A stretch of 64,000 nucleotides of DNA from Macrostomum lignano (lineage: Eukaryota). Each line of letters begins with the position of its first letter. Position 1 is the stretch's first letter. The stretch lies in the NCBI GenBank assembly GCA_002269645.1, contig NIVC01001140.1:52242-116241 (forward strand), in the 5' to 3' direction. The notes beneath the pieces were generated by a model. The model did not search any database, was not told the DNA's origin, and saw nothing but the letters and a program-made list of their open reading frames with translations. Below are positions 24,907-39,919 of the stretch, in pieces. Position numbers and translations under genes: made by a program.

Positions 24907-25314
24907 CACAAGGTTGGCTTTTATTTAAATCGCACGACAACCCCGGCCAATTTTCGAACACAAGCTCCAAATTAATGTGGCCTTTCACGGAATCGAATCA
25001 GGAATTCCCCTGAAGCTGCTCTGCCCCTTCATACTCACCGCATACCTGCGGCAAAGCAATACCCAGCTTACCGAAACAAGAGGCGAAGAGATGCCGCCGC
25101 AGAGGTGGACCCAGTGCAGGGTGGGCAGAAGGCCGTAGCCCACCAGACAGCAGTACATGGGCAGCACAATGCGACGGAAGGCCCTGGACGATGTGCGCAG
25201 GCGCAGCGAAAAGTACAGCTTGGAGGACTCCGGTGCACTTGCTTTTTTGCCGCCACGGCAACCACTCACGGGGCAATCAAATTGTTGGTCATGTTTTCTT
25301 CCGTCCCCCACCAG

Positions 25315-28051
<2,737 letters not shown>

Positions 28052-29396
28052 TTGCTTTTTTTCTACTACAGGTTTTTCTGTTATCGAGATACATCAGGCT
28101 TTGATGCCACTGTTATTTGATGCCAATATAAGTCAACTTAAAATATAACTTTCAATAGCCAGCATAATCCAGAAGGTTAATTGCATTCAGCGGCTTCGCG
28201 TGGTCACATTACTAAAAACGGTCTTTGTTACTTTGTCGTGAAATCACGCGCTCGTGTGATTTATGATTTGGACATGGAAATCACAATAACAGTGGAACAA
28301 AATGTAAAAAAATTAGATGGAAAGAGCGAAAAAGTTAAGGCATCAAACATGCAATGTGGGACTCCTTTAACTCTGGCGTGCATTTGGTGGAACCCTTGTC
28401 GTAAATATAAAACCCATGGGACAACTTAAAGCAGTGAAAACAGTTTGAGTGACGCAACTTGCGCCACGCGACGCAGAGTTGGGCTGGGTGAGGAGGGATT
28501 GGGAAGAGCGAGGGCGAGGGATTGAAGCAGTTCCGCCCGGTTTTCATAGTTATCAAAATGGTTTTGGCCAGGTGATAGACGCTGATCGAAAGAGACTGCT
28601 CACTGCATGGGGCAAAGGGTGGAGACTTTTAAAAGTTGCTGACTACTACTACTACTGCTGACACAAAGTTGTCGTAGGGCCGGGTTGCCTCTGTCCTCTA
28701 AAATTCCACTATAATGCCACCAATTGCTGTGCTAGCTAGGGATTCTCTAATTCTATCTCCTTCCCACTGCTAAGCCACCAAGCTGGGCTGCTCAAAGACC
28801 ACTGTAATAGCTATATACGTGGTCCTTGGCTGTCCTATACATGTAGGGATTTACTTCTCTCTTAAATCCTAAAAGCTGCCACCAAATTTTCTTAGAAAAT
28901 CGGTCTGCGTATTTATTCTAGTATATATCTGAGTAATTTTCTGAGTATATGTATGGAGTGTCTGTCTGAGTCTGATTATATATCTGCGTATTTGATGTAC
29001 TTTATTGGTAGCGTTCCTATTCTGTAATGGTAGCGTTCAATGTAAATCTGGCCCGAGCGGACGAGCGGTACTATGTACTCTATTGATATATTTACTGCAT
29101 GCACGTATGATCCTTATATTTCTTATTTGAAAGAGATCAAAAAGGTGAGCTCTAGCAACTTTGGGCTGGGTTAGTTACCATAGAAGAAACTGTAGCGATA
29201 GAATGCTTAGAGGCGATTAGTGCAAACAAACGGCATTGAATAACGAACTTGAACTTATATAAACTATAGTGCATCTCAGTGTGCGATACACCACATGCCC
29301 CTCCCTATATTCAGAAGATGTCAATTGGAACAGTGAAGTCGTTTCGTGTCGTTTCATTAGTTTCGCGTTTTTTTTCAACCCTCCTCGGATACCAGT

Positions 29397-32273
29397 TTAA
29401 GGCACAAAGCGCTCAGGAGCGGATCGGTTTCTGAGGCTCCTTCTCAGCTGAACGGCTTCTTCAGGCACGGGTGTCTGAATCCCTGCGACTGGCTCGTTTC
29501 CGGTTTCTGGCACGCTGTTAGTCTCATCTTCGTCCTCCATCTCGAATTCCGATGGCCGGGTGGCCATTGGGGCAAGTTGATTCGTGCTTGCAAGGCGAAG
29601 CCCATCGTCAGCGAGGATCCACGCCGTGTTTTGACCTGCCGTCATCACGAACTTTGCCGGGTTGCCGACTGAGGATCTGCTGGGCGCATAGATCACGCTG
29701 TCTACCTGTTCGAAGTTGGTCACCACCGGGACTCTGAGTCGCCGTCCAAAAAGAATTTCGGCTGGGCAGCAGCCCCGCGAAGAGGTTGAGTTTCTGTGGT
29801 GCAGGAGGACCTTTTGCAAGAAGCGGCTAAACTCCATGTGCGTAATTTTTTCAGACCAGGCCCTTAGTGCGGACTTGACGGTCTGAACGGCCCTTTCTGC
29901 GGCTCCATTCGCCTGCGGGTAATAGGTGGGTGACTCGAGCTTCTTGGCACCATTGGCGCGGAGCCACGACGTGAGCACTTCAGTGGTGAACTCTGGGGCG
30001 TTGTCCGAAACCACCAGCTCGGGGACGCCGAACCGTGTGAATACGGTACGCAGGCACTGAATGACTGAATCAGCTGTGCGATCGCAGCAAGGAAAGGCTT
30101 CTATCCAGCCGGAAAAGGAATCCACGATGACCAGGATGTTTCCAGCGCCTTTTACGTATGCCCAGTCCATGTGTACTCGCTGGAACGGATACGTTGATGG
30201 AGGCCAGCGATCCCTGTCGTGGCCGAGTTGAGGCCGAAGCCTGCAGCAGTCTGGACAGCGTCGAACAAACTGGGCAACGTCCTGTTGCATTCCGGGCCAC
30301 CAGCAGCTAGTAGACATTAGACTGTGCGCTGCATGCATGCCCGTGTGCGTGTCGTGAATGGCATCGAACGCGGCCTTGCGCAGTCTTGGTGGAATGAAGA
30401 CTCTTCTTTGCATGTAGAGTAGTCCATTTTCTAGCGTTAGTTTGTTTGAGACTTTTTTGAACTGCGCTTCTGCCTGGCTGCAGTTTCGCCAATCGCCTTG
30501 GCGGACGCGATTGAGAATTCTCTGGGTGAGCGCGTCTAACTCCATCTCCGCTGTGATTCGTTTAGCGTCGATCACAGGTGATTCAAATGCGATTGAATTA
30601 ATCGTCTCGAATGTGGCCTTGTCGTCTGATGAGCTGTCATCGAATCTGAGTCTGGATAAGGCATCTACGTGTGGAATGCTACTGCCACGTGCATACTGAA
30701 TTCGGTAATCAAACTGCATCAGGTACAAGGCCCAGCGTCCGATTCGGGCTGAGGCATCCACTGGGACGCCGGATCCGGAGCCAAAAAGTCGGATGAGCGG
30801 TTGATGGTCTGTGCGTATTGTGAATGGTCGGCCATGGAAGTAGTGCTTCAAGCGTGCGATGGCCCAAACAATAGCCAAGGCCTCCCGCTCGATGTTAGAA
30901 TAATTGGATTCAGCGGAGGACAGGCTACGTGAAACGTATATCACGGGATGGCCATCTTGTGTTGCCACGGCGGCGAGGGCTCCTTTGGAAGCATCAGTGG
31001 TCAGCGTCAGTTCCTTTGTCAAGCTGTAGGGCTGGACCACAGGCGCTGAAGCGATTTCCAGCTTTAGGCTCTCGAACGCTTTGGAACACTCCTCCGACCA
31101 CACGAACGGAACGCTTGCTTGTCGTAGTCTATTAAGCGGTGCAGCTTTGCCTGCAAAGTTTGGGATGAGGCGGCCGAAGAAGTTTACCAAGCCAAGAAAG
31201 TGAGCGAGCTCTGATTTATTTGCTGGCGGGCACACATGGCGAATTTTCTCCACTAGGCGATCATCGGGCTGAATACCAGCCGCAGATATTCGGAAGCCCA
31301 AGAACGAAACCGAATCGCAATAGCTGATGCTTTTCGCTTCGTTGATAGTCACGCGCTTCTCAGATAGACGCGTTCGCACAGCAGCGAGGCGCTTCTCCAG
31401 CGTGGGTTTGTCTGGCGCGTGAATGAGAATGTCGTCTTGGTAGATAAGCAGTCCTTTGATGTCTTCCATGGTGCGTTGGAAGATGAAGGAGGCGTTCTTC
31501 ATCCCCATTTGCAGCCGATTGACACGATAGAGCCCGCGGGACGTGTTTATTACCGATAGGTCTCTCGCGGCTTCATCAAGCTCGATCTGCCAGTACGCCG
31601 AACGTAGATCGACTGTGGCGAAAGTTTTGGCGTTCTTTAGCTTGGAGAACATGGTCTCGATGTGTGGAATGGGATATGAGTCTGATTTGATCTTCGAATT
31701 GACGTGCACGCTGTAGTCCGCGCACATGCGGAGAGTTCCATCCTTCTTCTTTACCCACACTACGGGTGAAGCGTTACTAACCGGACCCTCTGTTGGCTCG
31801 ATGACACCAAGTTGGTGGAGGCGATCCAGTTCTGCGCTGATTTGGCTTTCTAGGGCGAGTGGCACAGCACGAGCGCGGCAAAATTGTGGTTTAGCACCGT
31901 CCACCAGTTCCATTCGGGCCTTAACGCCTCGGATACAGGGCAGAGGTTCGACGGCAATTTTTTCTGCTTGAACATCGCTGGCATGGAAGACACCGTCAGA
32001 CTCGAGGAGGTCGCGGCCAAGCAACCCGTACGTCTTTTCCGAAGAGACTACAATCAGTTCCACTGGTTGAAGGCGTCCTCGTAGCTCCACAGTTGCAGTC
32101 ACTTTACCAAGCGATTTCATGACGTGCCCGTCGAAGGCCTCCAAGCGCCGATTGGAACGCATTAGTGGTGGCTTACCCAGCAGAGCCCATTGCGCACTGG
32201 AGAGCACGGAGACTGATGCTCCCGTGTCGATCTGCATTTTGAAGGGCTTATCGTTGATGCGCACAGTCTCCAT
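29397..32273 (-). CDS. pol: Gypsy-A pol (protease, RT, RNase H, integrase), 958 aa from first ATG
   Basis: DTGAS; YQDD; TDAS...EREALA; H-H-C-C zinc finger (HDTH...CPDC); integrase D-D-E (HMDW, SDNA, AERA). Confidence 0.93.
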   Translation of the reverse strand: METVRINDKPFKMQIDTGASVSVLSSAQWALLGKPPLMRSNRRLEAFDGHVMKSLGKVTATVELRGRLQPVELIVVSSEKTYGLLGRDLLESDGVFHASDVQAEKIAVEPLPCIRGVKARMELVDGAKPQFCRARAVPLALESQISAELDRLHQLGVIEPTEGPVSNASPVVWVKKKDGTLRMCADYSVHVNSKIKSDSYPIPHIETMFSKLKNAKTFATVDLRSAYWQIELDEAARDLSVINTSRGLYRVNRLQMGMKNASFIFQRTMEDIKGLLIYQDDILIHAPDKPTLEKRLAAVRTRLSEKRVTINEAKSISYCDSVSFLGFRISAAGIQPDDRLVEKIRHVCPPANKSELAHFLGLVNFFGRLIPNFAGKAAPLNRLRQASVPFVWSEECSKAFESLKLEIASAPVVQPYSLTKELTLTTDASKGALAAVATQDGHPVIYVSRSLSSAESNYSNIEREALAIVWAIARLKHYFHGRPFTIRTDHQPLIRLFGSGSGVPVDASARIGRWALYLMQFDYRIQYARGSSIPHVDALSRLRFDDSSSDDKATFETINSIAFESPVIDAKRITAEMELDALTQRILNRVRQGDWRNCSQAEAQFKKVSNKLTLENGLLYMQRRVFIPPRLRKAAFDAIHDTHTGMHAAHSLMSTSCWWPGMQQDVAQFVRRCPDCCRLRPQLGHDRDRWPPSTYPFQRVHMDWAYVKGAGNILVIVDSFSGWIEAFPCCDRTADSVIQCLRTVFTRFGVPELVVSDNAPEFTTEVLTSWLRANGAKKLESPTYYPQANGAAERAVQTVKSALRAWSEKITHMEFSRFLQKVLLHHRNSTSSRGCCPAEILFGRRLRVPVVTNFEQVDSVIYAPSRSSVGNPAKFVMTAGQNTAWILADDGLRLASTNQLAPMATRPSEFEMEDEDETNSVPETGNEPVAGIQTPVPEEAVQLRRSLRNRSAPERFVP

Positions 32274-32338
32274 AGATACTTCGATCGAATTGAGCGCATC
32301 GATGAGATGCAGTACGTCTGTTTTTTGTTGGGCGGAAT

Positions 32339-33157
32339 CTAATCCTCCTCACCAGTAGTCGTGTAGTGCATGGATCGAGACTTACAAACAGTACTGAAGT
32401 GGTTTTTCTTTCCACACTTGGAGCAGCTTTTTCCGAAAGCGGGGCATCTGCCTTCGGGGTGTGACTTGCCACAGTACCGACAGGCGCTGATTGTGCGACG
32501 AGAGCTTGCATGCTGCGATGTCTCAGGCCAACCGGATTGAGCGTAATTAAGGGTGGCTTCGTAGGTGCATGGTGATTTAGATTGGCCGGTTGCCTTGTCC
32601 ATCTGCCTGGCGACGAAGCCATCGACTTGCTCTAGGTTGCGTATGAAGTCCGTGATTTCTGAGACGGACATCAGTTTCAGCTGCATTGCTTCGAGTACGC
32701 GCTGCTGCTCCCGGCTATCGCGCAGTCCTGCGATGAGTGCCGTACTGATTAGCTCCTCGGAAGGGCTTCTGCATGCCTTGAGGTCGTCGAACTTGCAGTC
32801 AGTGGCCGCCTGGCGAAGACGACTGACGAAATCAGAAATGCTTTCTCCTTGCAGTTGTTGCGTCTTGAAGAATCGCGCGCGCTCAGCGATTATCAGTTTC
32901 TCTTTGGGGCGCAGATACGTGACAAATGTCGTCTGAATATCCTCGAATGAGAGCTCCGTGAGTGGGCGTGGCGACACCGGACTCTGCAGCTTTTCAAGCG
33001 CGGTGAGTCCACAGATAGCGAGAAAGTTGTCAGCGATCGTTTTTCTTTCGGTTGAATCAGACCAGCCTTTCGCTCTGGCCAGCGCTTGAAAGGCAGTCAG
33101 CCAAACCTGTGCTCGGTCAGGTTTATCCAGCGGCAGTTCGCCGAGCTGCGACGCCAT
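32339..33157 (-). CDS. gag: Gypsy-A gag, 272 aa (identical ORFs at 2018-2836 and 13573-14391)
   Basis: Retrotransposon gag-like RQ.QGESISDFVSRLR motif and C-terminal Cys/His knuckles. Confidence 0.9.
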   Translation of the reverse strand: MASQLGELPLDKPDRAQVWLTAFQALARAKGWSDSTERKTIADNFLAICGLTALEKLQSPVSPRPLTELSFEDIQTTFVTYLRPKEKLIIAERARFFKTQQLQGESISDFVSRLRQAATDCKFDDLKACRSPSEELISTALIAGLRDSREQQRVLEAMQLKLMSVSEITDFIRNLEQVDGFVARQMDKATGQSKSPCTYEATLNYAQSGWPETSQHASSRRTISACRYCGKSHPEGRCPAFGKSCSKCGKKNHFSTVCKSRSMHYTTTGEED

Positions 33158-33835
33158 TGTTGTGAATTGAACTCCGGCTGAAGTATTTAACTCATGAGCT
33201 TAAGATTCTTTATATTTCTTATTTGAAAGAGATCAAAAAGGTGAGCTCTAGCAACTTTGGGCTGGGTTAGTTACCATAGAAGAAACTGTAGCGATAGAAT
33301 GCTTAGAGGCGATTAGTGCAAACAAACGGCATTGAATAACGAACTTGAACTTATATAAACTATAGTGCATCTCAGTGTGCGATACACCACAAAAATACAT
33401 GTATTAAAACAAAATGTTTTTCTTAGAAACGCGAGGATTTAAAAAGGCATAAAAGTAAGATTTGATCACGTAAAAAGATAAAGATAAGTGTGGTAGAGCC
33501 CCCCCCTGCGTGAGACCCCCCTGCTCCCCTCCTCGATGACCAAAAGTGCTTCCTAAGTTCCTTCTCTGATCCCGCGCGTGGCCCTTTCCCTTTTGGGGCC
33601 CTTCTTTTCCCTCCTTTGGTATTATCCTTTGGATAATCTGAAATATACTAAATCTCTAAGGTTTGTATGCTTGAATGACCATAACGATCCAGAGACTTAT
33701 TAACTACTATAAATATTAAGTGGTTGATTAGGCCTTACCTAGGCCTTATATTGGTAGTTGATTAAAGTGTGCATAGGAAACAGTTTGTTATAGGCTTAGT
33801 TTGTATACTTAATTTTCTGTATGGGAACTGATCAA

Positions 33836-34690
33836 GGTATCCACGCTTTTCGGTGCCTGTGCTTTTCGGTGCCCGTCATTTCGGTGCCCCAGGTCGCTTT
33901 TCGGTGCCCAAATTAAACATTAGAATTGGACACAAAATATAGAGATTGAGCTCTAATTTAGCAGTAAGTGCTTTGTCTTTGCGGTACTCTTATTTACTTT
34001 AAAAAATAAAGTATTATTCATTTAGTTAAGCTGACCTGCTGTTTTAGTGAATTCAAAAAAATGGTTTTCGATTAGGCCTACTCGATTCGATTTACTTCCA
34101 TGTCGCTATAGCCGCGCGTCTCAGCCGCGTCAAAATTTTAAACTAATGCCCTAAATGCGCTTGTAATAAAATCTTATAGATTATGGTCCAAGAGTTATGC
34201 CCAAAAAGATTTCAGTTCATTAAATAATACTCGCTACATTATCCTAGGCAGTTTTATGAAATAAAACATGATCGGGTGATTCAAAAAATCAATACTAACT
34301 AAAATACATGTAGACTTGTCACATTTCATAATTTCGATCAAAACTACATGTAGCATTGTTGATGGATTTTAACTTTCCTAACTAAGTCTTCATAGCACTA
34401 GCACGCTTGCTGAGGGCAGCCAGCTTATATTGTATATACAGGATACAGCAACTGTGTGCAATTAAATTGAACGGATTTTTCCAATGTAAAGAAACGTGCC
34501 AGTTTAACAAAATTAATACTGCTTTTATTTAAAATATCGAACGTTTTGTAAAGTATTTATCATATTTGTTATAGGATTTCTTTTTTATTATCATCATTTT
34601 GGCGTAATATAAACTGGGGCACCGAAAGGCAATCTGGGGCACCGAAATGCCGGGCACCGAAAAGCACGGGCACCGAAATGCATGGAAACC
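33836..34690. mobile_element. MITE-1, copy 3
   Basis: Same TIRs and CTGATCAA TSD. Confidence 0.88.
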
Positions 34691-35515
34691 CTGATCAAAA
34701 GGGCGATAGTCGACAGATCAAAAGGGCGACAGTTAAAAGGGTGACAGTCAAAAGGGCTTTCATTCCCTTATTTTTGTTTATTTAAAATTTTTAGTTTGAC
34801 CTGTTTTAGGTGTTTATATGCATAAAGAAACCAGGACATATATGATATGGTAAATAAATATCCTTGATAATTTCTTTGAATTGCTGAGCACTCACAATTA
34901 GCTTAACAACTTACAAAAGTAGCAAAAAATAATAGATAGAAATAGAAAAAATTGCTGCTATTTCTAGAAAATGCTACTCTTTTGTATTAAATGTTTCACT
35001 GGTTTGTTGCTAGCTATTGTTTCCAATAGATTTAACAATAGACAAAAATATTTGAACTAATAAGCCATTTTTTCTATAGGTTCATCATGTTTGAGGGCAG
35101 ATAAGGAATGCATTCCATAAGTGTCGTGTCTATTTTTCCTTTATAATAACTTGCAGTTACATAAAGTCCTAGTACTAAAATTATTTAAAAATAGCACAAT
35201 CAGATTTTATTAATATTATTTTTTTATTTGTACTCCCATCATCTTTTAACTGCAACCTTTATTTGAAATGTTGATACCTTTGTTATAGAAACTGACAATA
35301 CTTGCATTTTTAAATAGCTTTTTTATACTACTTTTTGTACACCAAATGCAAAATTATTATATATACAATATGCCAAATGCAATTTTTGAAGATTTGAGCA
35401 TGCCAAATGAACTATAAAGAGCTAATGCATACTGGAATTTTGAAGCAAAAAGGCCACCTTCCTGACTATGGCATATATATTCATGTTTATTTTCTATTAC
35501 CAACTTTCTAAGGTC

Positions 35516-36501
35516 CAGTGTTGGGTACCAGTCTTAATAAATATTAAATCTTAATGCTTAATAATTATGCTTATTAACAGATTAAGTCTAAAGAGAAGTT
35601 ATATATATAGCAATAGAAATATATTCAAATTTACCTAAATGCCATAGTTTGGGAAGTGACATATATGCCAAGAAATCCTAGTATACAACAAGGATCTTAC
35701 CATTTTCAGCGTATATCAGGATATATCCTAGTTTATATGACATAGCAGATACATTGTGTCAAATGGCTTGAATTTTTTGTATTGGTGCACAAACTTGGCA
35801 TATAAATGAGGTCTCATCATTTTTTATGGTATTTAGTGTTTACTAGTACACATTCCTAACAATGGCCTAAATGATTTATTAATCTCTTTGTTTATGAAGA
35901 TCATCATGCAAATGTAATAACTTCTTACTAATAAACTTTAATTATGAATTAAACTTGTGAAATTTAATTATTGCTTGTGTGTAAACATTGATTGCTTTGA
36001 TTCACTTCTTTCTTAATCTTTCATAACTTTCTGCTGCACTTGCTAATGCTTCTGCAACAACCTTCCTATTCATATTTTATTATTATACTCATCTAATCAG
36101 TTTTCAAGTTCCAAAAAAATAAGTTACTTCTTTTACTATATGCCTAGCCTACTTTTAGTAGTATTACATACCTACAAGTTTTTACAATTTTCATGTATTA
36201 CTTTTTAGCTTGTAAATTGCTTGGATGACCTCTGTGTTTTTCTCACATATAAAGATGATAAAAAGTTGCTAAAAAGATAGAAAAGCAAAGACAGTGCATT
36301 ATGAAGTCTGTTTTGAAAAAAAACTGCAAGATTTTTGTATTTTCTATGTTAACTTTAATGGATTAACACTCATTTACTCTTATCTATTAACTACTTTCAG
36401 TTAACTTAACAAAATTAAGAGTTAATAAGTTAAGATTTTTATGTTTTAATGCTTTAGCCCTTAATAGAAGTTAAGATTTTTATTAACAGTGCCCAACACT
36501 A
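35516..36501. mobile_element. MITE-2 (hAT-like), copy 3
   Basis: Same termini and flanks as copy 1. Confidence 0.6.
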
Positions 36502-37071
36502 GTAAGGTGTTAAATATCTTGAGGTATTAAGGTCTTTAATCTTTTTTAAATCATTTAACATTGAGATTTTGAACTTATTGTTATGAAAATATGAATGTCT
36601 AAGTGGTATTAGTAATACATTGTGAGTGGGCCTTATGCCATAGGCATACAACTCTACAACCAAAAGCCAGCATATACAATATACATACTACTAGTGCTAT
36701 TACAGTATGTCATAACATTATAACAATGCAATGACAAGGATAATAATGGAAAAATATCAATCCTAGGATAATCCTATCGACCTATCCTAGCATCTCAGAT
36801 TTGATATTTTCTAATCCCAGGATCCTAGGTTTGAGGGAACATCTAGGATTTTGTGACCCCTAAGTGTTCATAACAATTATAATTATTTCAATATTACACA
36901 CATTTAAACAAATTAAAAACTTTAAAATGAGTTTTTTAAAGAATTGTTTATGGGAATAAGGCCTATTGCATACGTTTTTATTACCTCCCCGCTCCTATTT
37001 TTGACTTTGATTTTTTAAATGGCTATACAACATCTACATTTTATTTCATTGCTTTAACTGCTTATTGATTG

Positions 37072-39919
37072 ATGCAGCCGAACACTGGCACCCAGGCCGA
37101 CTCAGGCTCCTCTCAGAGTGAGCCCGAGTGCATCAGTCAGACCAGGGAGCAGCGGCAGCAGTCAACCTACCTGGATGAGAAAATCGCGGTGCCCCAGCCC
37201 GGCCAGGAGGTGTTCTCCCTGCGCAAGCTGTGGGCATACACGGGACCGGGCTTTCTCATGAGCATCGCTTACCTGGATCCTGGGAATATTGAGAGCGACC
37301 TTCAAACTGGCACCTTGGCCAGGTTCGACCTGCTGTGGCTGCTGCTGCTGGCGCACATCTTGGGGCTCCTCATGCAGCGGCTGGCCGCCAGGCTTGGCGT
37401 GGTCAGCGGCTGCAACCTGGCGGAGGCTGCGTCCGAGTTTTACCCAGCTGTGCCCCGCTTCCTGCTCTGGCTCATGGTTGAGGTGAGAAGTGCTTGTGTA
37501 CTGTGTGTGAGCTCATGGTTGAGGTGAGAAGTGCTTGTGTACTGTGTGTGAGCTCATGGTTGAGGTGAGAAGTGCTTGTGTACTGTGTGTGAGCTCATGG
37601 TTGAGGTGAGCAGTGCTTGTGTACTGTGTGTGAGCTCATGGTTGAGGTGAGCAGTGCTTGTGTACTGTGTGTGAGCTCATGGTTGAGGTGAGCAGTGCTT
37701 GTGTACTGTGTATGAGCTCATGGTTGAGGTGAGCAATGCTTGTGTACTGTGTGTGAGCTCATGGTTGAGGTGAGCAGTGCTTGTGTACTGTGTATGAGCT
37801 CATGGTTGAGGTGAGCAATGCTTGTGTACTGTGTGAGCTCATGGTTGAGGTGAGCAGTGCTGCAATCAGTGAGCAGTGCTGCAATCAGTGAGCAGTGCTG
37901 CAATCAGTGAGCAGTGCTGCAATCAGTGAGCAGTGCTGCAATCAGTGAGCAGTGCTGCAATCAGTGAGCAGTGCTGCAATCAGTGAGCAGTGCTGCAATC
38001 AGTGAGAAGTGCTGCAATCAGTGAGCAGTGCTGCAATCAGTGAGCAGTGCTGCAATCAGTGAGCAGTGCTGCAATCAGTGAGCAGTGCTGCAATCAGTGA
38101 GCAGTGCTGCAATCAGTGAGCAGTGCTGCAATCAGTGAGAAGTGCTGCAATCAGTGAGCAGTGCTGCAATCAGTGAGCAGTGCTGCAATCAGTGAGCAGT
38201 GCTGCAATCAGTGAGCAGTGCTGCAATCAGTGAGCAGTGCTGCAATCAGTGAGCAGTGCTGCAATCAGTGAGCAGTGCTGCTTGCAGTGTGCTGTGACCT
38301 CACTATGGATCAATGACGTCATCCATAAAGTCGCTGGTCAGTGCCAGTCTGAAAGCAGCAATGCCATGCAGCCATCCCTTGCCCTCCATAGGTGGCTATT
38401 GTGGGCTCGGACATGCAAGAGGTGATCGGGACGGCCATCGCCCTTAACCTGCTGAGCAACGGGGCGATCCCGCTGTGGGCCGGCGTGCTCATTACCATTG
38501 TCGACACCTTCACATTCCTGCTGCTGGACAAGTACGGCCTGCGCCGCCTAGAGGCCTTTTTCGGCTTTCTCATCCTCACCATGGCCGTCACGTTCGGCTA
38601 CGAGTACGTGGTGGTGCAGCCCGACCAGCGGCAGGTGCTGCGCGGCCTGGTGGTGCCGGGGTGCCGCGGCTGCGGGGGCCGTCAGCTGCTGCAGGCGGTG
38701 GGCACCATCGGAGCGGTGATCATGCCGCACAACATCTACCTGCACAGCGCCCTCGTGCAGTCGCGTGACGTGAACAGGCAAGACAGGCGGGCGGTGCGTG
38801 AGGCCAACAAGTACTTCTTCGTGGAGTCCTCCATCGCTCTGTTCGTGTCCTTTCTCATCAACCTGTTCGTGGTGTCCGTGTTCGCCCAGGGTTACAGCGA
38901 GCAGGCCATGAGTGCCATCTACAACTCCTGTGTGGCCAACGACAATCCGCATGCCGACATCTTCAGCGGTGAGGAGGCCGTTTTTGTGAATGTCTTTTTT
39001 AGAAAAAATGCTTTAACTGCCACTCAAACGAACAATAACGCACTGTATAAAGCTGCTGCTGCTTGTCTTCTCCAGAAAGTACTCCTAGTACTCCTAGAAA
39101 TTCCTAGTTTATAGTTTCTTTTTTGAAATTCTATGCCTCAGCGTTAATTTGAAACTTATATGTAGTTTTCTCAGCAACCTTGAAGCTTTACAAATGTCCA
39201 ATTGTGGTAAATTTTCAGGCAACTCCAGCAAGCTGGATATGGACATCTACCGGGGCGGCGTCTTCCTCGGCTGCCAGTTCGGCCTGGCCTGCATGTACAT
39301 CTGGGCGGTGGGCATCCTGGCTGCTGGCCAGTCCTCCACCATGACCGGCACCTACGCGGGCCAGTTCGTCATGGAGGGCTTCCTGCGGCTGCGCTGGAAG
39401 CGCTGGCAGCGGGTGCTGCTCACTCGCTCCTTGGCCATCGCCCCCACCGTCCTGCTGGCCGCCCTCACCGACATCAACCGGCTCACCGGCCTCAACGATC
39501 TGCTGAACGTACTCATGTCCCAGCAGCTGCCGTTCGCCCTCATCCCCATCCTCACTTTCACGGCTTCAGGCCGCTACATGAGCGAGTTCCGTAACCACCC
39601 TGTCATCAGCCTGCTGGCTGCGCTGCTCTCTGCCGCCGTGGTGGCCATCAACGTCTTCTTCATGGCGGTGTTCGTGCAGCAGCTGCCGCAGGTGTGGTAC
39701 GTTCTGGCACCTTTAGGCCTGGCCTGCCTGCTGTACTTCTGCTTCATCATCTACCTGGTGGTCCTGGCCTGCGCGGAGATTTTCCCAGTCTGCTGCGGCC
39801 GGCTCGGGGATCGTTGCCGCGGCCGCGGTGGTCAGCAGTTGCTCGGCAGCGGTGGCGACTCCGAGATTGTGGAGCCGCTGCTGGGAGACAGTGAGCTGGC
39901 CGGAGGGACCGCGACTTGA
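37072..39919 (+). CDS. SLC11A2: NRAMP/SLC11 transporter, copy 3; exons 37072-37482, 38392-38968, 39219-39919
   Basis: Translation matches copies 1 and 2; splice sites intact. Confidence 0.95.
37470..38281. repeat. 41-bp donor-containing array plus 22 x 19-bp array, copy 3
   Basis: Intron 1 is 909 nt, as in copy 2. Confidence 0.95.

Larger units (their letters stand above)
22264..25219 (-). pseudogene. 5'-truncated PAQR3-like copy: partial exon 4 (25072-25219), exon 5 (24339-24429), exon 6 (22264-22430)
   Basis: Exons match the intact gene at 41028-47888 with splice sites preserved. Homology ends abruptly at 25219, equivalent to 45363. Confidence 0.9.
29114..33391 (-). mobile_element. Gypsy-A copy 3, nearly full length (Mag-like); 5' LTR 33158-33391 (234 bp), 3' LTR 29114-29295 (distal ~52 bp missing)
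   Basis: The LTR starts TGTGGTG and ends CACAACA. Candidate PBS TGGCGTCGCAG overlaps the gag ATG. PPT AGGGAGGGGCA precedes the 3' LTR. Domain order is gag-PR-RT-RH-IN. Confidence 0.95.
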
